NCBI RefSeq assembly: GCF_963921235.1
Contig: NC_086108.1
Span: 96,350,001 to 96,414,000, forward strand
DNA: 64,000 nt
Direction of reading: 5' to 3'
DNA from: Mobula hypostoma
Lineage: Eukaryota
The translations under genes were made by a program, and so were the position numbers. Under the pieces are notes generated by a model that saw nothing but the letters and a program-made list of their open reading frames with translations, did not search any database and was not told the origin of the DNA. Shown here in pieces: positions 37,871-50,626 of the stretch (position 1 is the first letter of the stretch; each line of letters begins with the position of its first letter).

Positions 37871-39529
37871 CTAATTGTAACCGTATGTCTTTTGGAATAT
37901 GGAAGGAAGCCAGAGCACCCAGAGGAAATCCACGCGGTAATGGAGAGAGCGTACAAACTCCTTTCAGTGGGAATCAAACCCCTGATTAATGATCACTATA
38001 AGCCACTACACTGCTTTGCCTCCCTATTGATTATTGCATAAGTGGTGAAAGGCTGTCTTAATGTTCAAATAAATAAGGTCTTATGATATATTATTTTCAT
38101 CACATTTTTTCAATGGAAAAAGCAAGATTCTTTGTTGTAAATTCAGTTACACTGGAAGATAGAATATTAGTTTACTTGGGCTTTATAAATTCATACGATC
38201 TTCAAATTGAACGGTTTAGCATGGACTAGTTGCATTGAAGGGCCTGTTTCTGTTCTGTACTTTTCTATGATTCTATGAATTCCTTTTATACGTCTGCAGG
38301 ATATAAATCTTACCTAAGGTTGGTCATTAGCCCTGACTTAATAAATTAAACGGCTACAAATCGATCAAAGCAACAACATCTGCAGATTTTCTCTAGTTTG
38401 TGACAAATCAATCAAATCTATTTTGCTGCTGGTTTGAAGGAAGTTGAATTCATGAATATTTAACGATTCCAATGTTAGTTGGGCTGCCAACTATCATTAG
38501 TGGTCACACACAAAATGCTGGAGGAGCTCAGCGGTCAGGCAGCAGCTATGGAAATTAATAAACAGTCGATGTTTCGGGCCGAGACCCTTCTCAGTTATGC
38601 AAGTACTCTGTTAACGAAAAGCAGTTGAAAGAGATCCATACAACCCTGACGAAAGCTGAGTCTGATTAACCCCGATGTTCTTCCCACCACGCCAATAATT
38701 CCTCCTATATTAGCTCATCTTTATATGAATTCATTCTTCTTGAAGAGCGATGAACTCCTTTAGTATTAACAAGACAGTGGAATGAGAACTTACTACCATC
38801 CATTTGCAATTTCCCCTGGAGATGGGATACGCTGTTTCTTCATTCCAATGAAAATATTTTTGGCATACCTCACCACTCATGTGATTTGACCCGAATCAGC
38901 TGCCAAGGAGAGGAGATAATATGAAAGATACTATATTGTACTTGAAAGTCACAGGAGTAAATTGCATACATTTTAAGGTGCACCATCGGACAAGTGTTGG
39001 CTTGTGTACAAGACAATAAGGAACATTAATGGGAGCTCAATTAGCTGCACATCTGGTGTGTAATGAAGAACGATTGTGTGCCGAAGTGTAAACAAGAATC
39101 ATTTATCAACAGATTCCACTCACAAAGTCTGCTTGGCAGTACAACAGACAGGGTCCACATTTAACAATCATCTGTTCCCTTATTTACACGGAAGAATACG
39201 ACTGGAGTTAGTCTCAAGAACCTTTTTTCATTAATCCTGACAGAAAAATGCTCTAAATTGCGTTATTTTCATCATAGAAAGCTGATTTCCTAATTTGATA
39301 ATAACTGGAGAAACAAGATATATTCTCATGAGCTTTCAGTTTGACACCAGTATCTGGAAATTCAGACTGCTCCTTACTAGGCACGAGCCAATAAAATTGG
39401 CTCTTCGGCTCTAATCTTAACTTCACCCCGAGTCCTTGAACCAACACCCATATCCCATGGGAGTACAAACTGCAAAGTTGATGAATGTCAGCACACTTTG
39501 CCAAAGCCAGCCTCAGACTGGATATTGTA

Positions 39530-39835
39530 AGTGGTATGGTAGCTTGGCAGTTAATGCAATCGGTTTACAGTCCAGCAATTACCAATCAGAGTTCAATTCC
39601 TGCTGTTCTCCTGTTAGGAGTTTGTACATTCTCCCCATGACCATGTGGGTTTTCTCCCTCATTCCAAAGACATATGGGTTAGCGTTAGTAAGTTGTGGGC
39701 ATGCTCTGTTGGTGCTGAAAGCGTGGGGACACTTGTGGACTGCCCATAGCACAATCTTCACTGAAATGATTTGACGCAAACAACATATTTCACTGTATGC
39801 TTCTGTGAATATGTGACAAATAAAGTGAATCTACC
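39530..39835 (+). mobile_element. V-domain SINE with Rex1-like 3' tail
   Basis: B box GTTCAATTCC, V domain ggagtttgtacattctccccatgacc..ccaaagacat, tail tatgtgacaaataaagtgaatct. Confidence 0.75.
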
Positions 39836-40044
39836 TTTCTTTCTTTCACAGAACTTCGTGGCACTTGATTCTGATTCTGAGAAAAAGGCCGTCCAGCCTA
39901 TTTTATAGAAGTTATGCTAAAAAACGTCTTTGGGATGAAACCCACTGTTTAGCTCCTGATCCACATCCTCAGGAATCTCAAGTGTTCATCCAGATACCCC
40001 TAGGTAATATGGGTTTCTGTCTGAGATGAACCGCTAAAGACTTA

Positions 40045-40565
40045 AGCCTGATTTATACTTCTGCGTTAACTGGACACCGTAACCTACGCAAGTGGCCTAC
40101 GCGCATTGTGAGCATTTATACTTGTGCGTTGGTGTGTCTGCGTCGCTCTGCAATTCGCACACGTCACACATATGCACTCATCTGCCCACGCAAGGCTTTA
40201 TGGTCATGGTAGTCTTTCTCGGGGTAAACAAGAAACGAGCGTCTTTTTTCGTAAAAAGGAAATGTGTCCTCCATAATTTCGGAGGTCTGTAAAGCTTTAT
40301 GGAAAGCATTGCAGCCAGAGTTCCTTCCCTGCCCTTCAGTCGCCCAATGGGAAGCTATTGCAGCGTAGGATGAAATGCGATGCCACCAAGCAGACCAATC
40401 ATAGCTGCTGCGTTCTGCGTTGCCGTGATGCGCGGTTACATTTTGGAAGAGGTGCACGTCGCAGCAACACAGGCTCTCGCGTAGGGTTCTGCATCAGCTT
40501 TGTGTAGGGTTTGCGGCGACGCAGTACTTACGGCGACGTGTTGATGCAGAAGTATAAATCAGGCT
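40045..40565. mobile_element. PIF/Harbinger-type MITE
   Basis: 26-bp TIR AGCCTGATTTATACTTCTGCRTYAAC (first 20 bp perfect). TTA TSD at 40042-40044 and 40566-40568. CpG-rich, so likely young. Confidence 0.88.
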
Positions 40566-40699
40566 TTAGTACCTCACAGTTCTGACATGTGACAGAGAGG
40601 TAAGGTCTTCATTGCCCCTTGTTCCAGCAAGATTGGCAGCTGCACTGGAGGACCCAAAATTGGTTCCATTGGAGATGGCTTCCCATGATAGAGACTGTT

Positions 40700-41880
40700 T
40701 TCAGAGTCAGAATCAGCCTTATTATCACTGACATATTTCGTGAAACTTGTTGTTTTACGGAGCAGTACAGTGCAATAATTTAAAAATCACTATAGGTTAC
40801 AAATAGAAATATATAAAAAAGAGACAGCAAAGCAGTGTGGTAGTGTTCACGGGTTCATGGACCATTCAGGACTCTGATGACAAAGGCGAAGAAGCTGTTC
40901 CTAAAACGTTGTATGTGAGTCCTCAGGCTCTTTGCATCTCCACTCTGATGACAAAGGCGAAGAAGCTGTTCCTAAAACGTTGTATGTGAGTCCTCAGGCT
41001 CTTTGCATCTCCACTCTGACGGCAGTAATGAGAAGAGGGCATGTCCCTGATGGTGCGGGTCCTTAATGAAGTGTGAGATGTTCTTGATGCACTGTCTCTT
41101 GAACATGTCCTCGATGGTTGGGAGGCTAGAGCGCATGGTGGAGTTAGCTGAGTCAACAACTTCTCTGCAGCTTCTTTCAATGCTGTCTGTTGGCACTTCC
41201 ACACCAGACAGTCATCCAACCGATCAGAGTGCTCTCCACAGTGCATCTGTAGAAATTTTCTAGAGGCTTTGGTGACACACCAAACTCTCAACAAGGTATA
41301 GCTGCTGGCATGCTGCTTCATGATTGCATCAATATATTGGGCCCAGGACAGATCCTCAGATCCTCCATGACACCTCCTCACCAGTCAGAAAGACACAACA
41401 GAGCCTGTACTTTCTGAGGAGACTGAGGAGCGCAAGGATTCCTGGCCTCACTCTAACAGCTTTCTACAGGAGCACCATCGAGTGTGTCCTGTCCGGTTGC
41501 ATCACTGGGTGGACTGCAAGGCCCTATAGAGAGTAGTAAAAACTGCAAGCGAGGATCACCAGGGTCTCCCTCCCCACACTTTGTGACATTTATTGGGAAT
41601 GTTGTAGACGAAGGACCCAGAGCATTGTTGAGGATCCCTACCACCCATCCCACAATCTCTTTGACTCACTACCATCAGGAAGGAGGTACAGGAGCATCAG
41701 GACTAGGGCTGCCAGACTGGGTAACCTGTTCTTCCCCCAGGCTGTGAGGCTATGAATACCCTGCCAGCACTGAGGTTTTGTCACTTGGACAGTGAGCTGT
41801 TTACTGTTCATCTGCTCTGCACACTACATGCATTTTGAATTATATTTTATTAACTTATTTATGGTAATATTTTGTTTTGT
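40700..41880. mobile_element. Two head-to-head Rex1/Babar 3' fragments (about 40700-41365 -, 41375-41880 +)
   Basis: IKDPHHQGHALFSLLPS..RFRNSFF (-); QQSLYFLRRLRS..FYRSTIECVLSGCITGW (+). Confidence 0.8.
40871..41019. repeat. Perfect 71-bp tandem duplication
   Basis: Units start at 40871 and 40942. ACTCTGA recurs at 41013-41019. Confidence 0.92.
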
Positions 41881-42679
41881 GTGCAATCATCTTTCCTTCT
41901 CTTCTTGATCTGTTGATAATTATTGAGTCTGTTCATATCTTCACAAACTTATTTAAGTTTGATTATTGATGTTTGTGCACATGACCGTTCCGCTAATAGT
42001 TGATTGCTCATGGCTGTTTGTGCTATTGTCCTGTAAATTATTAGTTGCTATTGTGTTGTCTTTTATGGAGTTGTCCTGTGTCTTATCCTTGGCACTGAAC
42101 CACAATCAATTCTGGTTTGTTTCACATACTGGCAATAAAGTGAAATTGACTCTAATGTTAAGATGTTGACGTGTATCATTGACAGATGAGAGAATGATCT
42201 TCACAGCCTTCGCAGTTGATCTTTGAAATGTCGTCAAAAGTGCTTTTACACTGGGCCAAGGTTGTTTAGGTTGCTTAGTGTGAATTGTTACTCATTACCC
42301 ATCTACTCCATCATATCAATGTGAGGTAAAGACGCAATCCAAGTACTTTATGTAGACGCAGAATTCAGAAACAAACGTGCCACACATCCAAAAACTGAAT
42401 TTGTACAGTTAATCAGTAATAAGATTGGGAGGGAGGTGAGTATCAGAGATGTACACACTAAATGCAGAACGTAAGATCTTAAGACATAGGAGCAGAATTA
42501 GGCCATTCAGCCCATTGAATCTGCTCTGCCATTCCATGGCTGATTTATTATCCCTCTCAACCCCATTCTCCTGGCTTTACCTCGTACCTTTTGACACACT
42601 TACTAATTTAGAGCCTATCAACCTCCACTTTAGCTATCCTCAATGGCTTGGCTTTCCCAGCCGTCTGTGGCAATGAATT

Positions 42680-43487
42680 CAGGATTCGAGTACATTTGTA
42701 ATCAAAGAATATATAAATTATACACCTGGAGATTTCTTTGCTTACAGGCAGCCACAAAGCAAGAAACCTGAAGAACCCAATTAAAAAAAGACCATAACCA
42801 CTGCGCAGAGGAAAAGGGAAAAAGCACACACACATCATGCAAACAATAGCATTCGGACTCAGACCGAGTCCTTAGATCCGCTTCTCAGAGCAGCTGGAGT
42901 AGGCCGAAGCCTCGATCTCAGTTCATCACATTAGTGGGGCAAAAACACCACGTGAACTCACAGAGATGTCAACCACTGGAGAGAGGAATGAACATCGCAG
43001 AAGAGCGAGCAAAATCAGCTCGACCCTCGCCTCCAACCCTGACACTTGGGCTTTAAATTGTCCAAGCATTGGGTTGTGCCTCGCTCTAGGACCTGGACCC
43101 TGGCACAGCGACTCACCCCGGCTGCACATCCTGAAGCCGATCGGCTCGGTGCTTGGAATGATCCAACCTCACAGCCAGCTTAGGTGGGATGGCATCGAAA
43201 GCCCTCTGCATCGACTCCTCTCCAAATCATTCACTTCAACAGCAACAGCGATACAAACTCCGTCTGCGAACCCATCTTGAACACGCTACATTTCGGCTTT
43301 GCAATAGACCTGGACGGTTCATCCTCCAAACCAGCTCCGCCTCTGCTTGCTTCTTCACTGTTTGCGGTGATAGTTGACCACAATATACTTCACAAAAGGT
43401 GTCATTAGTAATGTTTTTAGTCATATTTCTTGCCTTCTGAGCTACCATTAAGCTGTCACTCGCCTTCAGTAGTGCCATTTTAAATCA
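42680..43487 (-). mobile_element. Non-autonomous retroelement with AAAATGGC head and Rex1-like tail
   Basis: Interrupts a CR1 3'UTR at gaattc/aaattc. Homologous to 54282-55290 at both ends. Confidence 0.6.
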
Positions 43488-43889
43488 GAAATTCCACAGA
43501 TTCACCTCAGAGAATATAGAACATTACAGCACAGTACAGGCCTTTGGGCCCACGATGATGTACCAACATGTTAAACTATGCTAAGATCAATCTAACCCTT
43601 CCATCATACATAGCCCTCCATTTTTCTATCATCCATGTGCCTATCTAAGAGGTTCTTACATACCCCAGTTGTAACTGCCTCTACCACCACCCCTGACAGT
43701 GGTCATAAAAACATACGAACATAAGAAATAGGAGCAGGAGTCGGTCATCTGGCCCGTCGAGCCTGCCCCGCCATTCAATAAGATCATGGCTGATCTGACC
43801 ATGGTCTCATCTCCACCTACTCGCCTTTTCCCCATAGCCCTTAATTCCCCTACTATGCAAAAAATCTATCCAACCTTGCCTTAAATATA

Positions 43890-46800
43890 TAAGACCACAA
43901 GATATAGGAGCAGAAGTTGGCCATTCAGTCCATTGAGTCTGCTCCGCCATTCAATCATGGGCTGATCCAATTCTTCCAGACATCCCCACTCCCCTGCCTT
44001 CAGCCCATACCCTTTGATGCCCTAGCTCTTATATTCTATACCTCTAGAAATGAATGGCAACATTGTATTCGCCTTCTTCACCACCAACTCAGCCTGGCAG
44101 TTAACCATTAGGGTATCCTGCACAAGGACTCCCAAGTCCCTTAGCATCTCTGCATTTTGAGTTCTTTCCCTGTCTAAATGATAGTCTGCCCATTTATTTC
44201 TTCCACCAAAGTGCATGACCATACACTTTGCAACATTGCATTTCATTTGCCACTTCTTTGCCCATTCCCCTAAACTATCTCAGGCTCTCTGCAGACTCTC
44301 TGTTTCCTCAACACTACCTGTCTTTGTATCATCGACAAATTTAGCCACAAATCCATTAATCCCATAGTCCAAATCATTGACATATATCGTAAAAAGCAGC
44401 GGTCTCAACAACGACCCCTGTGGAACTCCGCTGGTAACCGGCAGCCAGCCAGAATAAGATCCCTTCATTCCCACTCTCTGTTTCCTGCCGATCAGCCAAT
44501 GTTCCACCCATCCTAGTAACTCCCCTGTAATTCCACGGGCTCTTATCTTGCTAAGCAGACTCATGTGCAGCACCCTGTCAGAGGCCTTCTGAAAATCCAA
44601 GTACACCACATCTACTACATCTCCTTTGTCTACCCTGCTTGTAATTTCCTCAAAAAATTGCAGTAGGTTATTCAGGCAGGATTTTACTTTCAGGAAACCA
44701 TGCTGGCTTTGGCCTATCTTGTCATGTGCTTCCAGATACTCTGTAATTTCATCCCTAACAATCGATTCCAACAACTTCCAAGCCACTGATGTCAGGCTAA
44801 CAGGTCTATAGTTTCCTTTCTGCTGCCTCCCACCCTTCTTAAATAGTGGAGTAACATTTGCAATTTTCCAGTCATCCGGTACAATGCCAGAATCTATTGA
44901 TTCTTGAAAGATCATTGTTAATGCCTCCGCAATCTGTCCAGCTACTTCCTTCAGGACTCGAGGGTGCATTCCATCAGGTCCAGGAGATTTATCCATCCTC
45001 AGACCATTAAGCTTCTTGAGCACCTCCTCAGTCGTAATTTTCACTGCACAAACTTCACTTCCCTGACACTCTTGAATGTCCGGTATACTGCAGATGTCTT
45101 CCACTGTGAAAACTGATGCAAAATACATATTCAGTTCCTCTGCCATCTCTGCATCTCTCATTACAATATCTCCAGTGTCATTTTCTATTAGTCCTATATC
45201 TAGTGGAGGAGGAGGAGAAGATGGCGGCACGACGCAGTGCGCGCGGCCACTCCGGTGGTGATGTCTGTTATTTGTCAAGTGGGGGACCGTGCACAATTCT
45301 GATTTGATGGAGACAGACGTGAGAGTACAGAGGAACATCTGGAGAAACTTCTGAAATGCCCGCTTCGCTGACGCTGTTACTGTGTGGTCCAGAATCTCCG
45401 GAGGAGAAGGCCCCGAATCCTCGGCTTTGCTTGTTTCGGCAGCCGGGCGAGGTTGAGGGCACTCGGGAGGCTGTATCGGAGGGGCTGGTCGGAGGCTCGA
45501 AGTTTTCAGATGGACGGACTCAGTGTCGGCTGTGGTCGGGTGCTTCCAATGCATCGGCAGTTGTCGGTGCCTGGAGGTTTATGGCAGGGAGTTTCTCCCT
45601 TCGTCGCCTGCTATCGGGGACTCGGGAGTCAATCGGCTTGGGACTTTGAGACTTTTTTTTTACCGTGCCCATGGTCTGTTCTTTATCAAATTATGGTACT
45701 GTTTTGCACTGCTGTAACTAAATGTTATAATTATGTGGTCTTGTCAGTGTTAGTCTTTGGTTTGTCCTGTCTTTCTGTGATATCACTCTGGAGAAACATT
45801 GTATCATTTCTTAATACATGTATGCATTTCTAGATGATAATACAAGAGGACTGAGTGTTCCCATAATCCAATCTACCCTCAACTCTCTTTTACCCTTTAC
45901 ATACTTAAAAAAGCTTTTAGTATCTTCTTTGATATTAATCACCAGTTTCCCTTCATAATTTATCTTTTCCTTCCTAATGACCTTCTTAGTTTCCTTCTGC
46001 AGGTTTTTAAAAGTTTCCCAATCCTCGATCTTCCCAATGTCTTTGGCTTTCTGTATGCTCTCTCTTTTGCTTTTACTTTGGCTCTGACTTCACTTGTCAG
46101 CCACAGTAGTGTCCTTCTTCCATTCGAAAATTTCTTCTTGTTTGGAATATATCTGTCTTGCACTTCCTTCATTTTTTTCAGAAACTCCAGCCATTTCTCC
46201 TCTGCTGTCCTTCCTGCTAGTGTTCCTTTCCAGTCAACTTTGGCCAATTCCCCTCTCATGCCATTGTAATTTCCTTTATTCCCCTGGAATACCGACACAT
46301 TGGAATTTAGCTTCTCCTTCTCAAATTTCAGTGTGAACTCCATCATATTGTGATCACTATTCCCTAAGGGTTCCTTAACTTTAAGCTCTCTTATCACCTC
46401 CGGATCATTGTACAACACCCAATCCAGCATAGTTGATCCCCTAGTGGGCTCAACAACCAGCTGTTCTAAAAAGCCATCCCTTAGACATTCGACAAATTCT
46501 CTCTCTTGAGGTCCAGTTCTGACCTGGTTTTCCCAATCCACTTTCATGTTAAAATCCCCAACGATTATCATGACATTGCCCTTCTGACACACCTTTTCTA
46601 TCTCCTGCTGTAATTTGTAATCCATATCCCGGCTGCTGTTTGGAGGCCTGTATACAACTGCCATTAGGGTCCTTTTACCCTTGCAATTTCTTAACTCAAC
46701 CCATAGAGATTCTATACCTTCCAATCCGATGTCATCCCTTTCTAGTGATTTAATACTATTTCTTATACACAGGGCCACATCACCCCCTCTGCCTACTAAC

Positions 46801-46975
46801 CTATCTTTCCAATACACCGTATATCCTTAGACATTCAGCTCCCAATGGCAGTCATCCTTTAACCAAGTTCCAGAGATGGCCACAATGTCATACTTGTCAA
46901 TCTGTAGCTGAATTTCAAGATGATCCATTTTATTTTTTGTGCTGTGTGCATTCAAATATAACACTTTCAGTCCAG
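43890..46975 (-). mobile_element. CR1 ORF2 (APE + RT), decayed and split by the 45205-45874 insertion
   Basis: KVLYLNAHS, ESLWVELRN, VGDFN, GNSDHN (45960-46817); KSPGPDGMHPR, NYRPVSLTS, SGVPQGS, KFVDDTK (44280-45200). Confidence 0.93.
45205..45874 (+). mobile_element. About 670-bp GC-rich non-autonomous retroelement (second copy)
   Basis: AAGATGGCGGC at 45218-45228. Ends ..gaggactgagtgttcccataatccaatct. ATCTA at both junctions. Confidence 0.75.
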
Positions 46976-48139
46976 AAAGTGAGGTATTGACCGAGGTCGC
47001 CTCCACTGTTTCATTGGGCAGAGAATTCCACAGATTCACCCCCTTGGGAAAAGCGGTTCCTCCTCATCTCCGTCCTAAATTTACTCCCCTGTATCTTGAG
47101 GCTATGTTCTAGTCTCACCTACCAGTGGAAACAATTTTCCTGCCTCTATCTTATCAATCCCATTCATAATTTTACATAAGATCTCCTCTCATTCTTCTGA
47201 ATTCCTGCGAGTATAGTCCCAGACGACTCAAGCTGTCCTTAGAGTCTAACCCCCTCATCTCGGGAATCAACCTGGTGAACCTCCTCTACACTGCCTCCAA
47301 AGCCAGTATATCCTTCCTCAAGAAAGGAGACCAGAACTACACACAGTACTCCAGCTGCGGCCTCACCAGTACCCTGCACTTAAATTCAACCCCTCTAGCA
47401 ATGAAGGCCAACATTCCATTCAGTGCACTCACCACTCTCTGTGTACAAAAACCTACCTCTGACAACCCTCTGTACTTTCCTCCAATCATCTTAAAAACTA
47501 TTTCCCCTGGTATTAGCTATTTTCTGGCTATCCACTTGATCTAGGCCTCTTATCATCATGTACACCTTTATCAAGTTACCCCTCAACCTCCTTCACTCCA
47601 AAGGGAAAAGCCCCAGCTTGCTCAACCTATCCTCTTCTATCCGATTTCAAACTTCTGTCAAATTTCCACTGATTTCAAGATAACTGTGCAAGAAGCAGGT
47701 GGATTTAATAAGAAATCCATATACCCAACTTAGTCAAGCTGCAGGGCACTGATTCATCCAGCCCCCTCAGCTAAAGTGGTTTAAGAAACAGGCAGGAAGA
47801 AATATTGGTCCGAATAGTGATTAGTGTAAAAATAATGGTTTATTATAATTAAAATCTGACAGTTCAATTATAATACATTTGGAACAAATCCAACAGGATT
47901 ATTCATTATGTCTGCTCTAGTTTTTGGATTGTCTCTTTGTCTCACATTAATATGATGGAGTAGATGGTAATGAGTAATGACGGACAGTAACAAAGCTAAA
48001 TAATTTAAAGAGAAAGGGAAGTCTAGTGGGAGGTAGCCTTGCTATGGAAATCTTTGCAAAGATGATTGCACAATGACACAAATCTGTAACAGTTATTTGT
48101 TATTTAATCATTCTGAAGTTTTAAATTTCATATTGCTAT

Positions 48140-48325
48140 TTTCTTGCTTGCTCTCTCCCTCCCTCTTACTCTCTCCACTTTCTTTCTCTCTTTCCCTTCC
48201 TCTCAATCTCACTCTCACTCTCCCCCTCTCACTGTCTTTCTTACTCCCTTTCTCTGTCTCTCTTTCTCTCTCTCACTCTTTCTCAAGCTCTCTCTCCCCC
48301 TTCCTTTCTCACCCACTCTCTCACT
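48140..48325. repeat. Degenerate (CT)n polypyrimidine tract
   Basis: About 185 bp of almost pure C/T. Confidence 0.85.
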
Positions 48326-50538
48326 CATGAATATTGCAGCTCCACTAGCTCCATTGTCGAAATTGTAATGCGCTGTCTTGTTTACAAGACCATAGACCAT
48401 GATGGTTGTAGATTAAGCTCTGTGGTGCAGTCAGACAATAACACTTTCTCAGAGCCACTTTATGAAGAATTACGACCCAGAGGGAGGTCACTTGGCCTAT
48501 CCAGTCCAAACTGTCCTTGTCAACCACCTGGGCAACATTCCAAGTTCCTATCTTTCTCAATTTCCCTTTCTGTCAACCGTATCTCCAGCCTGGCCTTGAA
48601 TATCAGCAATTCCCCTGTATCATTCACAAAGTCATATAGATATCTTTCTTCAGTTTCCTTGGCCTCTTCCCAGGATCCCCAGCACCAGGCAGGAGATACA
48701 AAAGCCTGAAAGCATGTACGACTCAGCTCATGAACAGCTTCTACCTCACTTCTACCTAGAACAATAAGATGGACTCTTGACCTCACAATCTACCTTGTTA
48801 CGACCTTGCAACGTATTCTGTCGTAAGCACACAAGTGGGGATGTCCGTGATGACTGCACAGTGATCAGCTGGAGTACTGTGTGCAGTTCTGGTCTCCTTT
48901 CTTGAGGAAGGATATACTGGCTTTGGAGGCAGTGCAGAGGAGGTTCACCAGGTTGATTCCAGAGATGAGGGGGTTGGACTATGAGGACAGCTTGAGTCGT
49001 CTGGGACTGTACTCACTGGAATTCAGAAGAATGAGAGGAGATCTTATGTAAAATTATGAATGGGATTGATAAGATAGAGGCAGGAAAATTGTTTCCACTG
49101 GTAGGTGAGACTAGAACATAGCTTCAAGATACAGGGGAGTAAATTTAGGACGGAGATAAGGAGGAACCGCTTTTCCCAAGGGGGTGAATCTGTGGAATTC
49201 TCTGTCCAGTGAAGCAGTGGAGGCAACCTCAGTAAGTACCTCACTTTCTGGACGGAAAGTGTTATATTTGAATGCACGCAGCACCAGACCCATCAGATAG
49301 TGAAACAGTCCACATCCAAATGCAGCAAGACCCAGACAAAAACCAGACTTGAGCTGATAGGTGCCAAGTAACATTCAAAGTCAGAATCAGGTTTAGTATC
49401 ACTGATATATGTCATGAAATTTGACGTTTTGTTGTGGCGGTACAGTGCAATACATGAACAAGATTACTATAAGTTACAATAAGAAATATTACAGAAATAG
49501 ATAGTTTAAAAAGAGAGCAGAGTACTGAGACAGTGTTCATGGGTTCATTGCCCACTCAGAAATCTGCTGATGGAAGGGAAGAAGCTGTTCCTAAAATGTT
49601 GAGCGTGGTCTTTGGGATCCTGTATCTTCCTCCCTGTTGGTGGTAATGAGAAGAGGGTTTGTCCCTGATGTTGAGGGTTCTTAACAATGGATGCTGCCTT
49701 CACGCCATACAAGTTCCAGGCAATGATGATGTCGAACAAACCTCATGCCAGTAGTGAGATGGAATACTCTCCCACTGCCTGGAAGAATGCATCATCAACA
49801 TCAGTCAAGAACGCACCATACAGGACTTGGCAGCTGCTTGACAGACACATCAGTCACTCACTCCACCACCGTGTACAGTAGCAACAGTGAGTACCACCTC
49901 CAGGATGCACCGTTTCAACTTGCCAAGACTCCTCAGACAGCACCTTCCAAACTCACAACTATGACCAGCTGGTAGGACAAGGGCAGCAAAAACAGGAAGC
50001 TGTCCTCCCAGCCCCACGCCATTCTGACTTGGAAATATAGCCCCGTGTCGCCAAGTCAAAGTCCTGGAACTCACTCCCTACCAGCATTGTGAGTGTACCC
50101 ACACCTCAAGGACCACAGAAGGCAATTCACCACTACCTTCTCAGGGGCAACTAGATGCAGGTCCGTGTGAATGAATGAATTAAAAAAATGTTAATAACTC
50201 TCATGGGAAATTACCTTTGCTCTTACTTCTCCTAAATGTCCACCCATGCACCCTATCTTACTGCACAGTGTTCTTGTTTACTTTATGCTTTTATTTACTT
50301 AGAGATACAGCCCAGCAATAGGCCATTCTGGCCCAATGATCCCATGCTGCCCAATGCGATCCATCTGACCTACTAACCCATACATCTTTGGAATGTAGGA
50401 AGAAACCGGAGCATCTAGAGGAAACACACGTGGTCACGGGGAGAACATGTAGACTCTTACAGATGTGGCAAAATTGAATCCAGGTCACTGGCACTGAAAT
50501 AGTGTTACACTAACTACCCTGTCACCCTGTAACTAAAG

Positions 50539-50626
50539 GCACCTGGTATTCACAGGCAGTCTCCCATCCAGGTACTAACCAGGCTTGAGTCTGCTTAGCT
50601 TCTGAGACTGTATGAGATTGGGTGTT
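50539..50626 (-). pseudogene. 5S rRNA pseudogene (both ends truncated)
   Basis: Reverse complement ..cccaatctcatacagtctcagaagctaagcagactcaagcctggttagtacctggatgggagactgcctgtgaataccaggtgc aligns with vertebrate 5S rRNA, including box A (AGCTAAGCAG) and box C (TGGATGGGAG). Confidence 0.88.

Noticed and set aside
44280..45554. 424-aa ORF with a novel-looking N-terminus fused to an RT
   Set aside because: Chance in-frame read-through from the antisense of the inserted 670-bp element into a decayed CR1 RT whose motifs are damaged.
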